Notes: generated from the sequence alone by a model not told the origin. A stretch of 64,000 bases of DNA from Lingula anatina (GCA_051362555.1 CM120642.1:18910001-18974000); one strand, 5' to 3'. Counted from the stretch's first letter, positions 28,201 through 40,848 are shown. A program made the numbers and translations.

Positions 28201-31200
28201 ATAAAAATATAACAACGAGGAACCAAGCAAAATGTATAAAATATATAGTTCGGAAGCTTCACTTTTCTAAGGGTGTAAATTTACTAAGTGGACAAAATGT
28301 TCGATTTGTAATTTTTCGTATTATTGCAACTACTGTCATTTCGTTTCAGGATAAAGCAATAGGAAATTCTCAATATATTTTCATAAACCCCCTTGTTTCA
28401 AGCTTAAGTTTTTAATAGCATGGAATACTTAACCTGAAAGTCGAGCACATGCCATAGTAGCCGTTATTGCAGGAATGCAAGTATCTCTTGTACTCCGGCT
28501 TGCAGTATGTCTGCGTCACTTGTACAGGAATGTTCACGAAGCGGTCTCTAGCGCACACGTGTCTCCTATAGAAATAGAAAATATTTGGGGATTTATAGAA
28601 ACCGCTATCTTTATTTTGCCCTTAAAAACTATAGCAAGGAATCATAATAACGATTTATGAATTTTTTCGTTTAGTTTCGACAGTTTCTTTCAATTGATGG
28701 CGAGCTCTCCACAGTCAGTTGCAATTTAAATGATTTAATAAATACCACAGCGTTTTACGTTTTAAAACCTAGATAAGACTTTTGTGAGCAAGGTATCTCA
28801 TTGTTTTCGAATGACGCTTGGGTTCTTTAGCGCAATGAAACGTAGGTTAGAGCCCGAGCAGATTTTGAGAAAAGGAAAAAAAATCATTCCTTAATTATAA
28901 ATAACATAAGTTAATAAAATATGTTCAAGAAATATGTGACGTGCATCCAAAGTGATGATCATTGTAATAAAAAAAATGTGAATCAAATCAAATGTAAATC
29001 CGATCGCAGTTGTCGATGGTGACCACCCTCGAGCTCAGCGTGAAGTGAACAATATCAACCGCATTAATTCCAGAAAATTCTAAATTAATTTACTACTGCA
29101 TTCTTTGTTAAGTGCATGGGTCAAATAAGACGGGATCATTGCATTGCCTTCTTTGCACCGTGATATACGAGACCACATACTCATCGCTAAAAAACACAGA
29201 ATTGCTTTTAAAGGGGAAATGTAAATGGGCCGACCAGAAGAGGGTCCTTTCTTTCATGGCGCAATGCACTCAGATCTAAGAAAGGTACTCCTTTACTTTT
29301 CTGTTCAGCACCTGTATCCTCTCAAAACAGTGACGCCATGCAGAATCGGAAACGATCGCAGAATAGATCAAATTGTCCTAAATAGATCACTTGAATAACT
29401 CTATATCTCGGTGAAATACGATGATCTCTGCAATATTGGGGAATGTAAGGACTGAGGAAGCGGTTGAAGGGGGAGGGGAGCGGGTAAAATGACACCAATA
29501 GTAAGTTTAGACAAAGTTTACATTGCCTTCGCGCAGTAGGCCTCATAACTAGTCGTGACTTTATTTATCGTAACACATTATACAGTGTCAATGAAGCCAA
29601 TGAAAATATCAAAAAGCCTCAAAAATCGATTGAATTTTTCACAACATACAATTTTTTTAAAACTGTTATTGTAGTCCATAAAACGACAACCTTTAGAATA
29701 AACCGTTCCGCTGTGGGACTAATATTTTTGAGACTTCTTTGGCCTGGAGACCACATCCATACATTGGGTCCTAGATTGGCTGTATTTCAATCAAAATATA
29801 TTTATATTTACACAGGTTGCGCTGACAATTCTCTCTTGCTGACACCTCCATTATCTGACCAGCTATATGTTACATCAATTACAATAAAACAATTGTTCGC
29901 CCGTTGGTTTCAATCTGCCTAGGAAAACAATTATAAAATATAATACGTTCTTAGGTTGTTTACTTTTTGCTTGCCTTTTCAAAAAGGGCTATTCAATTGA
30001 TATTTTCATTTGAAAAAATAATGAGTTCCGTTTCTCAACAGTTGTATTCCCTAACAATTTTCTGGCATAGATTTCACATATTTTATCTATTATTTGCACC
30101 ATTATTTTTGATAATTTTGAATAAAAAATATTTGCTGCGCACGTGAGAAAGAGCCGTCTCGTTATCTTGAAGCAGCACTTTTGCAGGATAAACCTCTCGA
30201 ATTTCGACCTCCGGTGGCTGAGTAAATAGACCGTACATCGTCTAGTCCTGAGCACCCTGGCGTTCAATTCCAGATTCTTTCATAATTCGAGGAAAGTTTA
30301 AAAAAAAGGATTCCTCTTTATTTTTAAGCGGAGATTTGGACACCTGAATTGAGAGATATCAATTTAGGCTCAAATAGGATTTATTGGATTCTAACACGTT
30401 TACTCCCCGTGGAACACAGTTTCCAACAGAGAGGTTTTTTGACTAAGTTTGTGGACATTTCTAAAGTGTGAGATAAATTATGACCCAGCGAGCCTACAAG
30501 ACACCCCCACCCCCCTCAGACATTCCAATAAAAATGGTGTGAAACTCAGGGTAGGGCGACCTTTCATCTCATCGAAAGTGGTAGAGGGGAACAACTATAC
30601 TCACTTCCCCAATTATTTGATTGGGCTTACATAATCCTATTGAAACATTGAAAATTGCTGCTGAATGTTACAATCTGCACTTTATAATACATTAAGTATG
30701 TCTACAAGCTATAGAACATATTTTCACTGTGGATGTTAGACTGCGCAGCATAGCCTGGCGACGTGGTAAAAATTAATTTTGAATTTTTGAAGGCTATTAA
30801 TTTGTAGTTTTAAGAATACAGTACTGTACCTCCTTTTACTCAATTAACGCTCCAAAATAAATATACTGTGGGTTACCTGTGCAAATTACTTGGTTAAAAC
30901 ACGCTAAAAACACTGTTCTGACGTTAAAACCAAAATTCCACAGCTTCATATCACTAGATTCAACTAACTTCAACCAACAACAATACTCTGAATATTTTAC
31001 AAGAAAAAAAAAACGCTATAAACTAGAGTCGGTATTTCAAGCTGCAAATATTTATGTTAGAGCAATTTAAAATCGAAACATTCTACCTCGTCTTCAAATT
31101 TCTGATCGTTGTGATCAAAGATAAGTTCCAGTATGGATAGCCTTAGGGATAATTATATAATCGCCCTTTTTCGGTAAACACTTTAAACTCCCACTTTGTC

Positions 31201-31870
31201 AATGCACAACTATTCTTCTATATAGTGTATTCAGTGTATGGGGTGGAATTTTAAAGCATGACAGATGCATAACTAAAATTCGATTAACAGTTAAATTAAG
31301 TTTATAAATCTTGGAAAACATTTGGGATATATGTTTTTGCTTACATTTTGTCTTTATAATGAATATTATAAACATTTGATATAAGATTTAGGCTTAGAAG
31401 CTATATTTCAAAGCTTGAGCGATATTTTAAAGCTCAAACGCGTGAGGAAAAACGTGCCACGAATAAGAAATGTCAAATATAAAATAGTAAATATTTTCAA
31501 GGTAAACAGAGAATTTAGAATAAAAGTATGTGTTGACTTAAAAAAATCCCTCTGTCCATTAAATTAGCCACTTGACGGTTTTCATCGCAACGTTACTCGG
31601 AGGTACATCCTAGCCCTCCCCCCCCCCCAAAAAAAAAAAAAAAAAAAAAAATTTTTTTAAGAAGAAGAAGAAGGAAAACTTAGCATGTGTATCCTCTTAG
31701 CCTTTCCAGACACCAGGGAATCTTCACCCCCTTTAAATTCAAACTCACCCGGCTGCAACTCCATACCCTTGGACCTTCATTGCGCTCCGACATGACGGTA
31801 AACCCCAAGACCATAATAACAGCAATATTTTCACTGCATTCCTGTACACACTCCCCGTTGAGGAACACAT
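25281..31870 (-). CDS. EGFL7/EGFL8-like protein (signal peptide, EMI, EGF, cbEGF, coiled coil), about 355 aa
   Basis: Exons 31767-31870, 28434-28565, 27857-27975, 27220-27312, 26812-26934, 26404-26492, 25781-26099, 25281-25369. EMI GRHVC...[13 protein letters not shown]...CCHGWKR; [30 protein letters not shown]; cbEGF DIDEC...[10 protein letters not shown]; EGFL7/8-type tail [18 protein letters not shown]. Confidence 0.88.
27607..27848. mobile_element. MITE related to the CAGGGGCGGA family
   Basis: ttacg|CAAGGGCGGATCCAGG ... CTAAACCCGCCATTG|atacg (near-perfect 5-bp TSD), with internal poly-C and poly-G tracts. Confidence 0.6.
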
Positions 31871-33084
31871 GGTGAATCCGAGAGTGCGCTCGACCTGCGA
31901 GCACCGACTCTTCACTGAAACTGCACTACCTCTGATGTAGGAGTGCCAATGCCTTACGTACCCCGTGTAAGAAACTGGTGCTGCTACTGGCGAGTTTCCT
32001 TTCGTTTGGGTCCCTGAATGCAGATTCCTATATTTTGAGTTTTACAAAGAAAATGACACGTTTGGCGACGAAGGGAATTGTTCAGTTCGTGTTGATGCCA
32101 CTGGTTTTGAAGTCATTTTTGATTTTTGGTGCACAGTAGGGCCTGTTTTGTGTATTTTTTTTACCTTTCAAAACAACTTGCTTAATGAAGGAAAGAAAGC
32201 AATTATTCGTACAATTTCAAAACAATTCCTCTTCTAAAATCAACTCGAACGAGACAAGAGCTACGTGCAGCCATATACTTGAAAAATAATGAATTGTACG
32301 GAGCACTAAAGATATCCGGAAAAGAAACCAGGTTGCTATGCGGTTGTCAGACTGCTTGGATATAATAAATTTTTCCTGTTCTCCTTTTAGCATAAGACTT
32401 AATTATACTCTAAAGTTAAGTCTTAGTGTCACATCCGTGGGTACGCTCAAACAGGTACGCATGTACGTGCGGTTAAAGTCGAAAAGCCCTTAATATTACA
32501 TGATACATAGTTCTTTTTTTAGAAGAATAATTGTTACAACTTCGGTCTAATCGATTTTTATTCCTGCAGCACTGAAACCTGTTTTATGTCTAATGCGTGT
32601 ATTTTTTTTAAAGAACCGCTTATAGGCAGTGTGTCTCGCACATCAGCATAGATCGTCTAAAAGTGATGCTTAGCAGTATCCTCAAACCTGTAGGCCTACC
32701 GGTGTGTCTCTTAATTCGGAAGAAATGCTTCAAATCAGACCAGGTGAAACGGCTCTCCTAAGGTAAAAAGTACACCGGCGAGACGGTATCTGCAAATCAG
32801 CAAAAGAACTGGTTTACGCTTGCTTGCTGTTTAATTTGCCTCCTCGGTGGGATAGTAAGTTTGAAAAAAATAACATACAGTGATATGAAAATTGCCCAGT
32901 TGTCTGCAGAAGCACGAATTGATCGAATTGCACTATCTCAACTCCTTGATCCACTTTTTAAGCTGCTTTTCAGACTTGTAGAGAAAAACGCACAGATGAT
33001 CATTCGCTGTATTATAGAGTCCAACGAATGTACGGCTGAGTGCAGAGTGTACTCCGTGTACATTCAAACATCTTAGCGCTTTTC

Positions 33085-33092
33085 TTATATAC
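33085..33092 (-). promoter_or_regulatory. Candidate TATA box for the EGFL7/8-like gene
   Basis: TATATAAG on the minus strand in a CpG-containing region about 1.2 kb upstream of the ATG. Confidence 0.3.
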
Positions 33093-33652
33093 AAACACCT
33101 TAGGCGACGCATGCGCTTGCTATTAAAACCATGACAGTGATCGCTCTCTCTCTCTCCTCAGCGCTGGTTCTGACACGACATTTTAAAGCAAAGATGAACG
33201 CTTAGATCACCGCTGGTCAATCCCATTATTAGCCCTTTGTGCCACCCACCAGTTCACCAAACCAGGCGTCCAACTTGAAACGCATTCTTCAATTTAATCG
33301 ATTTTAAGAGCTCGCTTTCAAAAGAGGCTACAGCATTGGGTATCAAGAGGCAGATTTTCAAGAAACCACAAGTATGTCCGACTGCATTTTTGCACATTTG
33401 ACACCGATTAGAATGTTTTCTCCCCCATTAGCTTTTTGCGACACAATAACAATGGGTTCTCGCTGACAAGCAATATGGTCCATGTCTTCCTAACCGTTAC
33501 ACGTTTATTCTCATTAGAAACCATCGGATCTTAGTAACATCTTGGGGATGGGGGGGTGGGGGTGGGGGGGGGGGGGGCAGAAGTTTCCAACTCCTTTTCG
33601 CCATTATAATTTTTTTGTTTTTCCCTCGGCATTTCATTTTTATAAAATCAAA

Positions 33653-33692
<40 letters not shown>

Positions 33693-34211
33693 ACACGGGG
33701 GGGGGGGGGGGGGGTACATGGCATTTAAAAAATATATTAAGGTTAGAATTGTCGAAACTCTCCAATACTTCTTCATGGAGGAAATTACTGTGAAAAAGAT
33801 CCTGACATGGGAAGATATTTCAAATGTCCGGATCATCTTACGCTTTGAGTTCTTGTATAGAAAAAGTTTGAAGGGTTATTATTGTTTTAATTGTCGTTAC
33901 ATTCTAAGCTCATTCTAAACATTTTTTTTTTAGTTTTCTTTTGCTGTTTTTGACAAATCCCATAACACAGGTGTCAACTTCATACCAGTGACGTTTTTCT
34001 TGCACATACATGGGTGAATGCACCAAATTCAACGCAATCAATACCAAAAGTTAGTAGTAACTAAAAATGTCGAAAGCGAAAATGATATTTTAAGAGTTTG
34101 GAGGTACCGAAAACCCGACCAAAATTTTAAACCCTTTTTTTATGAAACTCGACATATTCGAAGTGAAGACACGTGCATCAGCAACCTTACATAATTTAAG
34201 CCCGTTTTTTT

Positions 34212-34243
<32 letters not shown>

Positions 34244-35326
34244 GGGGGGGGGGGGGGGACTTTAGGGCAAGTTCAACGTCCAAAAGCAGGGATAATTATC
34301 AGATCCTTCTGACATGGGTGCGTGCGACGAAGGTAAGACGAGGTGACGACTTTTTGACATGGGTTATCTGCAACGGAGCAGATCCAAAGCGCGTACTTAG
34401 TTCCCAAGGTATAAAAACAGGAAGAATGAAATTCGTTTTTGCCAATTAGTATTTCAGTGCGCTTCCCTCTGCTTCGGATTCGGGGGCTGCGCGTCACTTT
34501 GACTGGCGTCAGATCGTATCTACCTCCCTCCGTTTTCCTCTATGAACTTTGCCTTTATTTCTTTTGGAAAAACAAACTACACACAACAAAGAAAAAAAAG
34601 GTACATGTGCATACTGCATGCCTGTGAAAGTTACCCAAAGCTCGATTTTCGTCTAAATATGCTTGAAAGCTACCCATCTTTCTATTTCGAGCTTAACGAC
34701 AAACGAAACCCCGTCACATTAGAAACCGATGCGCGTTTACTTCTGTCAACTTGGGAAGACGTGTTGCATTCTTAACAAATAGCTTTTATCTGGAACCAAG
34801 CACTTTAATATCGCAGTTGCAGGTACGGACCAAGCAACGATCCTTAATAAATTTTCCTCGAAATCATACTTCAATTTTGGTTTAAAAATCCTTCACAAAA
34901 TACCCTTACTTTCACATGCGTCCTCACTGAAAATCTAATACCATGCCCTTTAATTCGTATACAGTAACTTCGTTCTAAATTCTGTACTATATACAAAGCC
35001 TCCAATAACCATAATCATCCTAGGTTACTTTAAACAAGTTTAGAAGAAAGATGCCTTTGGAATTTAAACGCAAGGAAGGTCTTTTTCACATAATTTATTA
35101 TATAATTTGACATTTAAATCATCTTCCCCCATTTGAAAGTCCGTTACTCTTTTGGTCAGAATCGTACACCTCGTCTTTTGCCGGTGTTCTCCTTCCTAAA
35201 AAATAAATAAAATCAGGAATTAAAATACATGCAGCAAAATGTAAACCCGGGTTCAAACTGACATGCATAAATGAAGTTTTAAATTAAGTGTAGAGAAAAC
35301 ATCGTCAAGACAGCTGAGAGATGAAG

Positions 35327-35400
35327 ATGCAATTCAGAAGACAAGATCAGATCACGGTGTTCATTTGTCCCTATCTGTCTATACACTCATCATTTGCATC
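35327..35400 (-). ncRNA. Box C/D snoRNA, SNORD74 (U74)-like
   Basis: Terminal stem GATGCAA/TTGCATC, box C ATGATGA, box D CTGA. D' guide AGATAGGGACA is complementary to 28S TGTCCCTATCT. Confidence 0.75.
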
Positions 35401-35884
35401 GTCACAAACTCTCGTCATTCCACGCGAGATTCAAAAATACATGATTACGCTTTTCTTTTTTTGCTTTTGCCGATTTCAGAAGAAGTAAGAAATGGACCAA
35501 CTTGGAATCGATTAGATTTTGGCAACGGTCCTTTAATCAATCAAAATGAGAAATAAGCTGCATTGGCAGAAATATGTGCCTCGAATGTTTCTTTAGTTTA
35601 ATATACTTTAAAAAGTCATAAAAAGAGTATAGTTAAGCATATGTTCCTACAGTTGTGTTAATTTTTAAACACACAACAAAATCCACATAAAAAAAAAAAA
35701 ACTTACCAACTTTAAAGATAGCTTTCCAAAACCCTGTGCTTGAAACCGTTTAGTCATTTCAGTTCCACCAGAAAATTTTCCAAATGGACACACACTTACG
35801 TGGGACCTAGAAATTGCAAAAGTGAGCTCAAAAGTTAACTCGTTCTAAAACTGCATGACACCACAAGTACCCTCAAAAAACCAC

Positions 35885-35970
35885 TGGCACTTCAGACAAA
35901 AAATGGAACGGTAAAGGGTTAATATCACCACTGAGTATCATTTGGCAGAATATTATCATCATAAAAGCCA
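35885..35970 (-). ncRNA. SNORD47: Box C/D snoRNA SNORD47 (U47) homolog
   Basis: TGGC/GCCA stem, ATGATGA, ATTCTGCCAAATGA (28S guide plus D'), ACCGTTCCATTTT, CTGA. Both internal motifs match my recollection of vertebrate U47. Confidence 0.88.
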
Positions 35971-36312
35971 GCGTCATCAAACAACTTAATGTTAAAGAAA
36001 AAAGTTGATGCTTATTTATCTCATTCTTACACCAAAAGAACTGAGAACACCTTGGACTGAATGCAATACAAAGAGAAGACATACCTCCTCCTCCTCCTTT
36101 TAGCCCTTCCCGATGCCAATGTTGTGAAGATTCATGAAGACTACAGAGATACAAATGGTCTCACTGGTTCATGGACATTGGTGTTGAAAAACTTCCAATT
36201 CTCCCAATCCAACATAGCTGTCAATATAATAATAATAATAAAACCACACCACAAAGAATTATTACAAGGTAAATACACAGTAAAATTAGTTTCAGAATTT
36301 ATATAAAAGATG

Positions 36313-36421
36313 TTGGCTCAGACTTCCAAGGAAGGACTAAAACCATCTCTGACAGTCTGAGAGACTGACCGTCTCTGGTGGAAACCGCGAATGATGGCAA
36401 AATGGTCTTCATCATCACCAA
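36313..36421 (-). ncRNA. SNORD14: U14 snoRNA (SNORD14), copy A
   Basis: Box C TGATGA; domain A CATTCGCGGTTTC (complementary to 18S GAAACCGCGAATG); domain B CCTTCCTTGGA (complementary to 18S TCCAAGGAAGG); GTCTGA; TTGG/CCAA stem. Confidence 0.93.
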
Positions 36422-36628
36422 CTTTTCATCTAATTTAACAAACATTAATGAAAAGATATATTGGTGTACCCACCACTCTTGCCCATAATTTGTTCCATAG
36501 TGCTTTTTCTTCCTTAGCTCCATCTAAAAATACAAACTGCCATTAATTGAATGGTATGTGCAATACATGCAATTTTATAGATTTTGATTAAAAAATACAT
36601 TTAACTTATGGTTGCACAAGAAGAATTA

Positions 36629-36734
36629 TTGGCTCAGACTTCCAAGGAAGGACTAAGACCATCTCTGACAGTCTGAGACTGACTGTCTCTGGTGGAAACC
36701 GCGAATGATGGCAAAAAGTCTTCATCATTACCAA
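36629..36734 (-). ncRNA. SNORD14: U14 snoRNA (SNORD14), copy B
   Basis: Near-identical to copy A with the same boxes and guide domains. Confidence 0.93.
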
Positions 36735-37060
36735 GACCCTCAAATTCTCTATTTTCTTTGGGTTTTTAAATTCTTCTTTTAGAGAAATGCAGTAGTCTCA
36801 AAGAATACTTTCTCAATTAATGAGTATGCGCAGTCTCTTTAAGTTTCGTAATATTGCAGTATTGAAGTACTACATGTATCAAGACTACATGTACCTTCCA
36901 CAAAAAATGAGCGATGAGAACAAGAAAATATAAATAAAATATACCTCATCTCTTTATCCAGCAGAGGCCTGGTCATTCAATTTCTAGAAGAAAATCAGAT
37001 GGGAATTATGGTTTTTGTTCCATCGAGTTCACAATACAATTTCACATCTCACTATAATTT

Positions 37061-37130
37061 CTGTATCAGATAGGGGCGAAAATAGTATCTTCACTTTAAC
37101 TCGAATGAACTATAAGGTCATCATATACAG
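37061..37130 (-). ncRNA. Box C/D snoRNA SNORD80/SNORD77 (snR60-like), copy A
   Basis: CTGTAT/ATACAG stem, ATGATGA, guide ATAGTTCA (28S TGAACTAT) and guide TTTCGCCCCTAT-CTGA (28S ATAGGGGCGAAA). Confidence 0.88.
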
Positions 37131-37380
37131 TCATGCTTATCCCAAGTTTTAGGTTTCAATCATCATTTCACTGTTTCTAATTATGTGACACTATTTTAAG
37201 AAAATTAATAAATACTTTAAGTAAAGATTAAACTTACCAGTGAGTTATCATTTGAAAAGCTTAATCATCTGTAAAAGAAAATCAGTATTTTGTGATATCT
37301 TACTGTCAACTATCATCTGAACTGCAAAATCTGCAGTTTAAAATAGTGATTTCAGCATTACAGACAAACATGCATTTAAT

Positions 37381-37453
37381 TGCTGTATCAGATAGGGGCG
37401 AAATTTTATCTTCACAGCCAATCGAATGAACTATAAGATCATCATATACAGCA
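37381..37453 (-). ncRNA. Box C/D snoRNA SNORD80/SNORD77 (snR60-like), copy B
   Basis: TGCTGTAT/ATACAGCA stem; same boxes and both guides as copy A. Confidence 0.88.
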
Positions 37454-37740
37454 ACAATGGTTCAAGTTGAAGGAAAATTTGGGAAGGCACAAAAGCTGCA
37501 GGAATTTTGTTTCAATCAATATTATTATGTTCCTTCCACAAAATTATACAGAAAAAAGTGCTTACCTCTGTTAAACTCTTTGTTTCCTCTGAACATCAGC
37601 AGTTCAACAAAAGGCTGGAATTGCACAATGGGCAAATATTTTTAAAGATGTTGAAAATAAAATTTTCCGTGAATTTAAAAATCAGGCATCAACATGTTTA
37701 ATATGATCTTAAATTTGACAAAAACTGATAATGATAATAC

Positions 37741-37822
37741 TGCTTGCCTCAGTCTTTTGTGGTGATTTTATTCGTCATACAAGCAGTCAAGAGTAGCAAA
37801 TATGGACACATCATTGGCAAGC
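37741..37822 (-). ncRNA. SNORD76: Box C/D snoRNA SNORD76 (U76) homolog
   Basis: TGCTTGCC/GGCAAGCA stem, box C AATGATG, guide TATTTGCTACTC-TTGA as recalled for vertebrate U76, box D CTGA. Confidence 0.85.
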
Positions 37823-38045
37823 AATGTTGAGTTAAAAGGAATGTTCCTCAAGTCATTCTTGATTAACCTAAATTATATTTTTTGTGATTTTTCAACAAAG
37901 AACAGCTTCATTTAAATCTAGCTTGTCTAAAAAGGCAAATTAGCTTGATGTAATATTCAATTTGTAATTTTTTTTTAATTTCCAGATTACTTTACATAAT
38001 ACTAACCTTGGATAATTGAACCTTTCTTCACATGGTAACGATAAA

Positions 38046-38134
38046 ACTGTTCTTCAGTGCCAGTTTGTGTGGTCTTGATGCATCATCTGAAAACGTCAAA
38101 ATTAGTGTAAATCACAAATTGTATCATTAACAGT
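38046..38134 (-). ncRNA. Candidate box C/D snoRNA, unassigned
   Basis: ACTGTT/AACAGT terminal stem, degenerate box C (ATGATAC), D' TTGA, C' ATGATGC, box D CTGA; intronic position matches its neighbours. Confidence 0.5.
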
Positions 38135-39006
38135 AAAATCCCAAATTTAAATTTTGAAACCTTCAGGAGTCCTACTGAATATTTTACAACAGGAAGAACA
38201 TGATTAATTTAAGTAGTGCTGTCCCCAGTTACACAGTGATTGCGAAAGAGATTGAAAACTTACCAGACATGTGGGCTGGAGCAAATTAAATTTTGTCTGC
38301 CCACACCTTTTTTTACCGGCCCACAACAAAATAATTAAGCTGTTTATTTTCACTTCATTTTTGATGAATATTATTGTCTGGCATTTTAAATCGCTGCTTT
38401 TTAATTTTAAGGCCAGATGTAATAGGATATTTAAAGGTTTAAGTTTAAACGTCTTTCATTTTGGTTGCTTTCTGGCATCCTTTTTACATCTGGGTTGCTT
38501 ATCTTAATTTCTAATCTTTTAACACAAGATCATGTATCCTTTGTAAATTTTATTCCAATTTTTGAGTAAAATTAAAATATAAGTCATAGTGAAGTGGAGC
38601 TTCCAACTTATCTAACTTTTTTTAGATTTTCACTCTTGGAAAAATGCTTGTCTGTTTGTTAGCAGGGATTGTCCTGGGTCAAAATCTGGTCCGGCCATTT
38701 TGGACCACTTGGCCATTTTTTTTTAAATGTGTGCCGTGAATTATTTAAAGAAAATTCATTGTATTTCAATATTTTTTATATGATTAAATTCAATGAAAAA
38801 AGGCTTGATGCTACTACTCTGAAGTCCTAAATAATTGTAGTGTGTGGAAAAATCTTCCAAAATAAACATACTGTCCGAAAAATTGTACAGTATTTAATGA
38901 AAAAATCTTCAGAATTGATAATTGCACTATGCCAAATAATTGCACTACATGGAAAAGGTAGACAAATTCCATTTTTATTGTAAAATAAAGCTATTGCTCT
39001 CATAGC

Positions 39007-39155
39007 AGGCCCGTAGCCAGCAATTTTAAAAGGGGGAGGGTCTTTTTCCATAAAAACGCCGTGTACCTAGATCAAATTTTACCAAGAGTGGACCTTTTGT
39101 CAGCATAAGAGGCGGTTCTTTCGAAACCCCTGAACCATCCCTGGGTACGGACCAG
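39007..39155. mobile_element. Short MITE-like element
   Basis: Imperfect inverted ends CAGGCCCGTAGCCAG / CTGGGTACGGACCAG. Confidence 0.45.
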
Positions 39156-40848
39156 AGTCTGAAAAGAATCTTTATTCAATATCTAAGCTAGTTCGTTTAG
39201 ATGAATATAATGGACAGTTTTGCACCCTGACTGTGCCATTGCGGATTTTCCTCATTGAAAATGATGTTGTCCCTCATTTTGACATATAGCACCGCTAAAG
39301 GTGCAATATTACTTAAATATCCGTTAAAATTAGTTAAGAGCACCCATCTAAAAAGCAAATGAATATTTCTCCTTTTCACTTATCGTTTACTCAACATGCA
39401 GTCCGACGGAAGCCATACTTGTTTACCCAGCACGTGTAGTTAGGTGTTCTCAGAGGTCCGCGCGTGGCCCGTCGTAAGCAGTTTGAGCGACCTGTTTTCA
39501 GTCTTGAGCAGTACGATTTTCATTGACCTGTAGTTGTTTCAGTTTCGATACATTTTTTTGTGAAACGGGTCACATGTCAGCCCTCACACCATCGCTACGC
39601 ACACTTCGAGCGACATTTAATGTACATAGACCTTTATTACAAAAAATAGTGTTTGCTATTTGTACGCACCAGTATGGCGCAAGTTAAAGTTTTACTTGCG
39701 CACAGTGCGTACTTAGAGCTCTACGATAAGTTCAAATATGAGGCGAGGTGTCTGTTAAAGAAACCGACTTTAGTCCGTCGGACATGTGGGCCGATGAGTT
39801 AAAAGGGTTGTCCAGCCCACAGAATTTTTGCCGGCATATGGCCGTGGTCCGACGGCTTTCGCAATCATTGCCAATATATCAGATTTCTACCCATTTTTAC
39901 AGTGCATGCTGCTTTGAAAATATTGCTTTGGAAACTGAAGCTATGTTGAAATCTGACTAAGAACAGCTAGTATTACTTGAACAATGTTAAGTACTACTTG
40001 AACGATGTTTTACTCGGCTTCGGAAAATTCTACAATAAAAGCTCGAGTTGCTTATGAATTTATCTTGCTTGCTTTCTCAGTTGGTTGAATCCTGCACTTG
40101 ACTCCCACACTGTTTTTCAGGGTCAAGAAAGTAATCATCATTGAAAGTAAGCTTTGAAAACACGTTTTCGACAAATGAGCAGCGTCGTTTGGGTGCAGTT
40201 TGAGACAGATTGAAAGACCACATGAGGGCACCGGTCTTGGTACCAACACCTTTTTAACATGCCTTTGTGCAAAAAATACGATACATAAACGACATACCAT
40301 AACTGGTTAAGATAGATGGATGTTTTCTTAATCTCATCCTGTCTCGAAATGTCTTTCTGTTCTAAAATGAAGACGATGTTTGCCGATTCTTGTGCACCCT
40401 CTTCCTCGTTTCATGCTGTGCGGTAAAATGAGACAGATGTATAAATGTTCGCTAGAGGGCGGTACATACAAGACAACACTTTTCGAGAATAGTCATCCAT
40501 GAAAAAGACTCGTTTTCGAGATACAAAATATCCACGCGTTTTAACACTAGCATCTGTTAAAATTATAGAAACGAGGTACACGCCCCCCCCCCCCCCCCCT
40601 TCTTGAACCTTCCAGATCTGTAACGTTACTTTCTTTATTTCTTATTCGACGGTCTGGTGAAGCCATTTCAGTAAAGCATTCACCTGAAAAACCAGGTAGA
40701 AATTAGGAAAACAGACTGTCCTATCAAATGCATCTTAGTAGGAAGTTAATTACGCAAATTATCGATTTCCGTCGAACGTCACGAAGGAAATTTCACTCGC
40801 AAGTACACGTGTATTAATCGAGGTCATGCCGCATGTGACTAAATGTGA

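Larger units (their letters stand above)
35070..39405 (-). ncRNA. Spliced non-coding snoRNA host gene (GAS5-like); ends approximate
   Basis: Regular minus-strand donors (e.g. ~38262, 37565, 37237, 36944, 36084, 35706) and acceptors (e.g. ~37927, 37616, 37270, 36984, 36524, 35807, 35197) place each snoRNA in its own intron. Exons are short with no coherent ORF. AATAAA at 35094-35099 (-). Confidence 0.72.

Noticed and set aside
32861-33076. 71-aa ORF in a CpG-containing region
   Set aside because: Non-ATG start, no recognisable motif or supporting splice structure; more likely the 5' or regulatory region of the EGFL7/8-like gene.
33497-33918. ORFs with poly-Pro, (HT)n or (CV)n runs
   Set aside because: Translations of poly-G tracts and a (GT)n microsatellite.
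38270-39380. Additional GAS5 snoRNAs (U44, U75, U78, U79, U81)
   Set aside because: No convincing C/D box pair with terminal stem and matching guide found by eye; needs cmscan.
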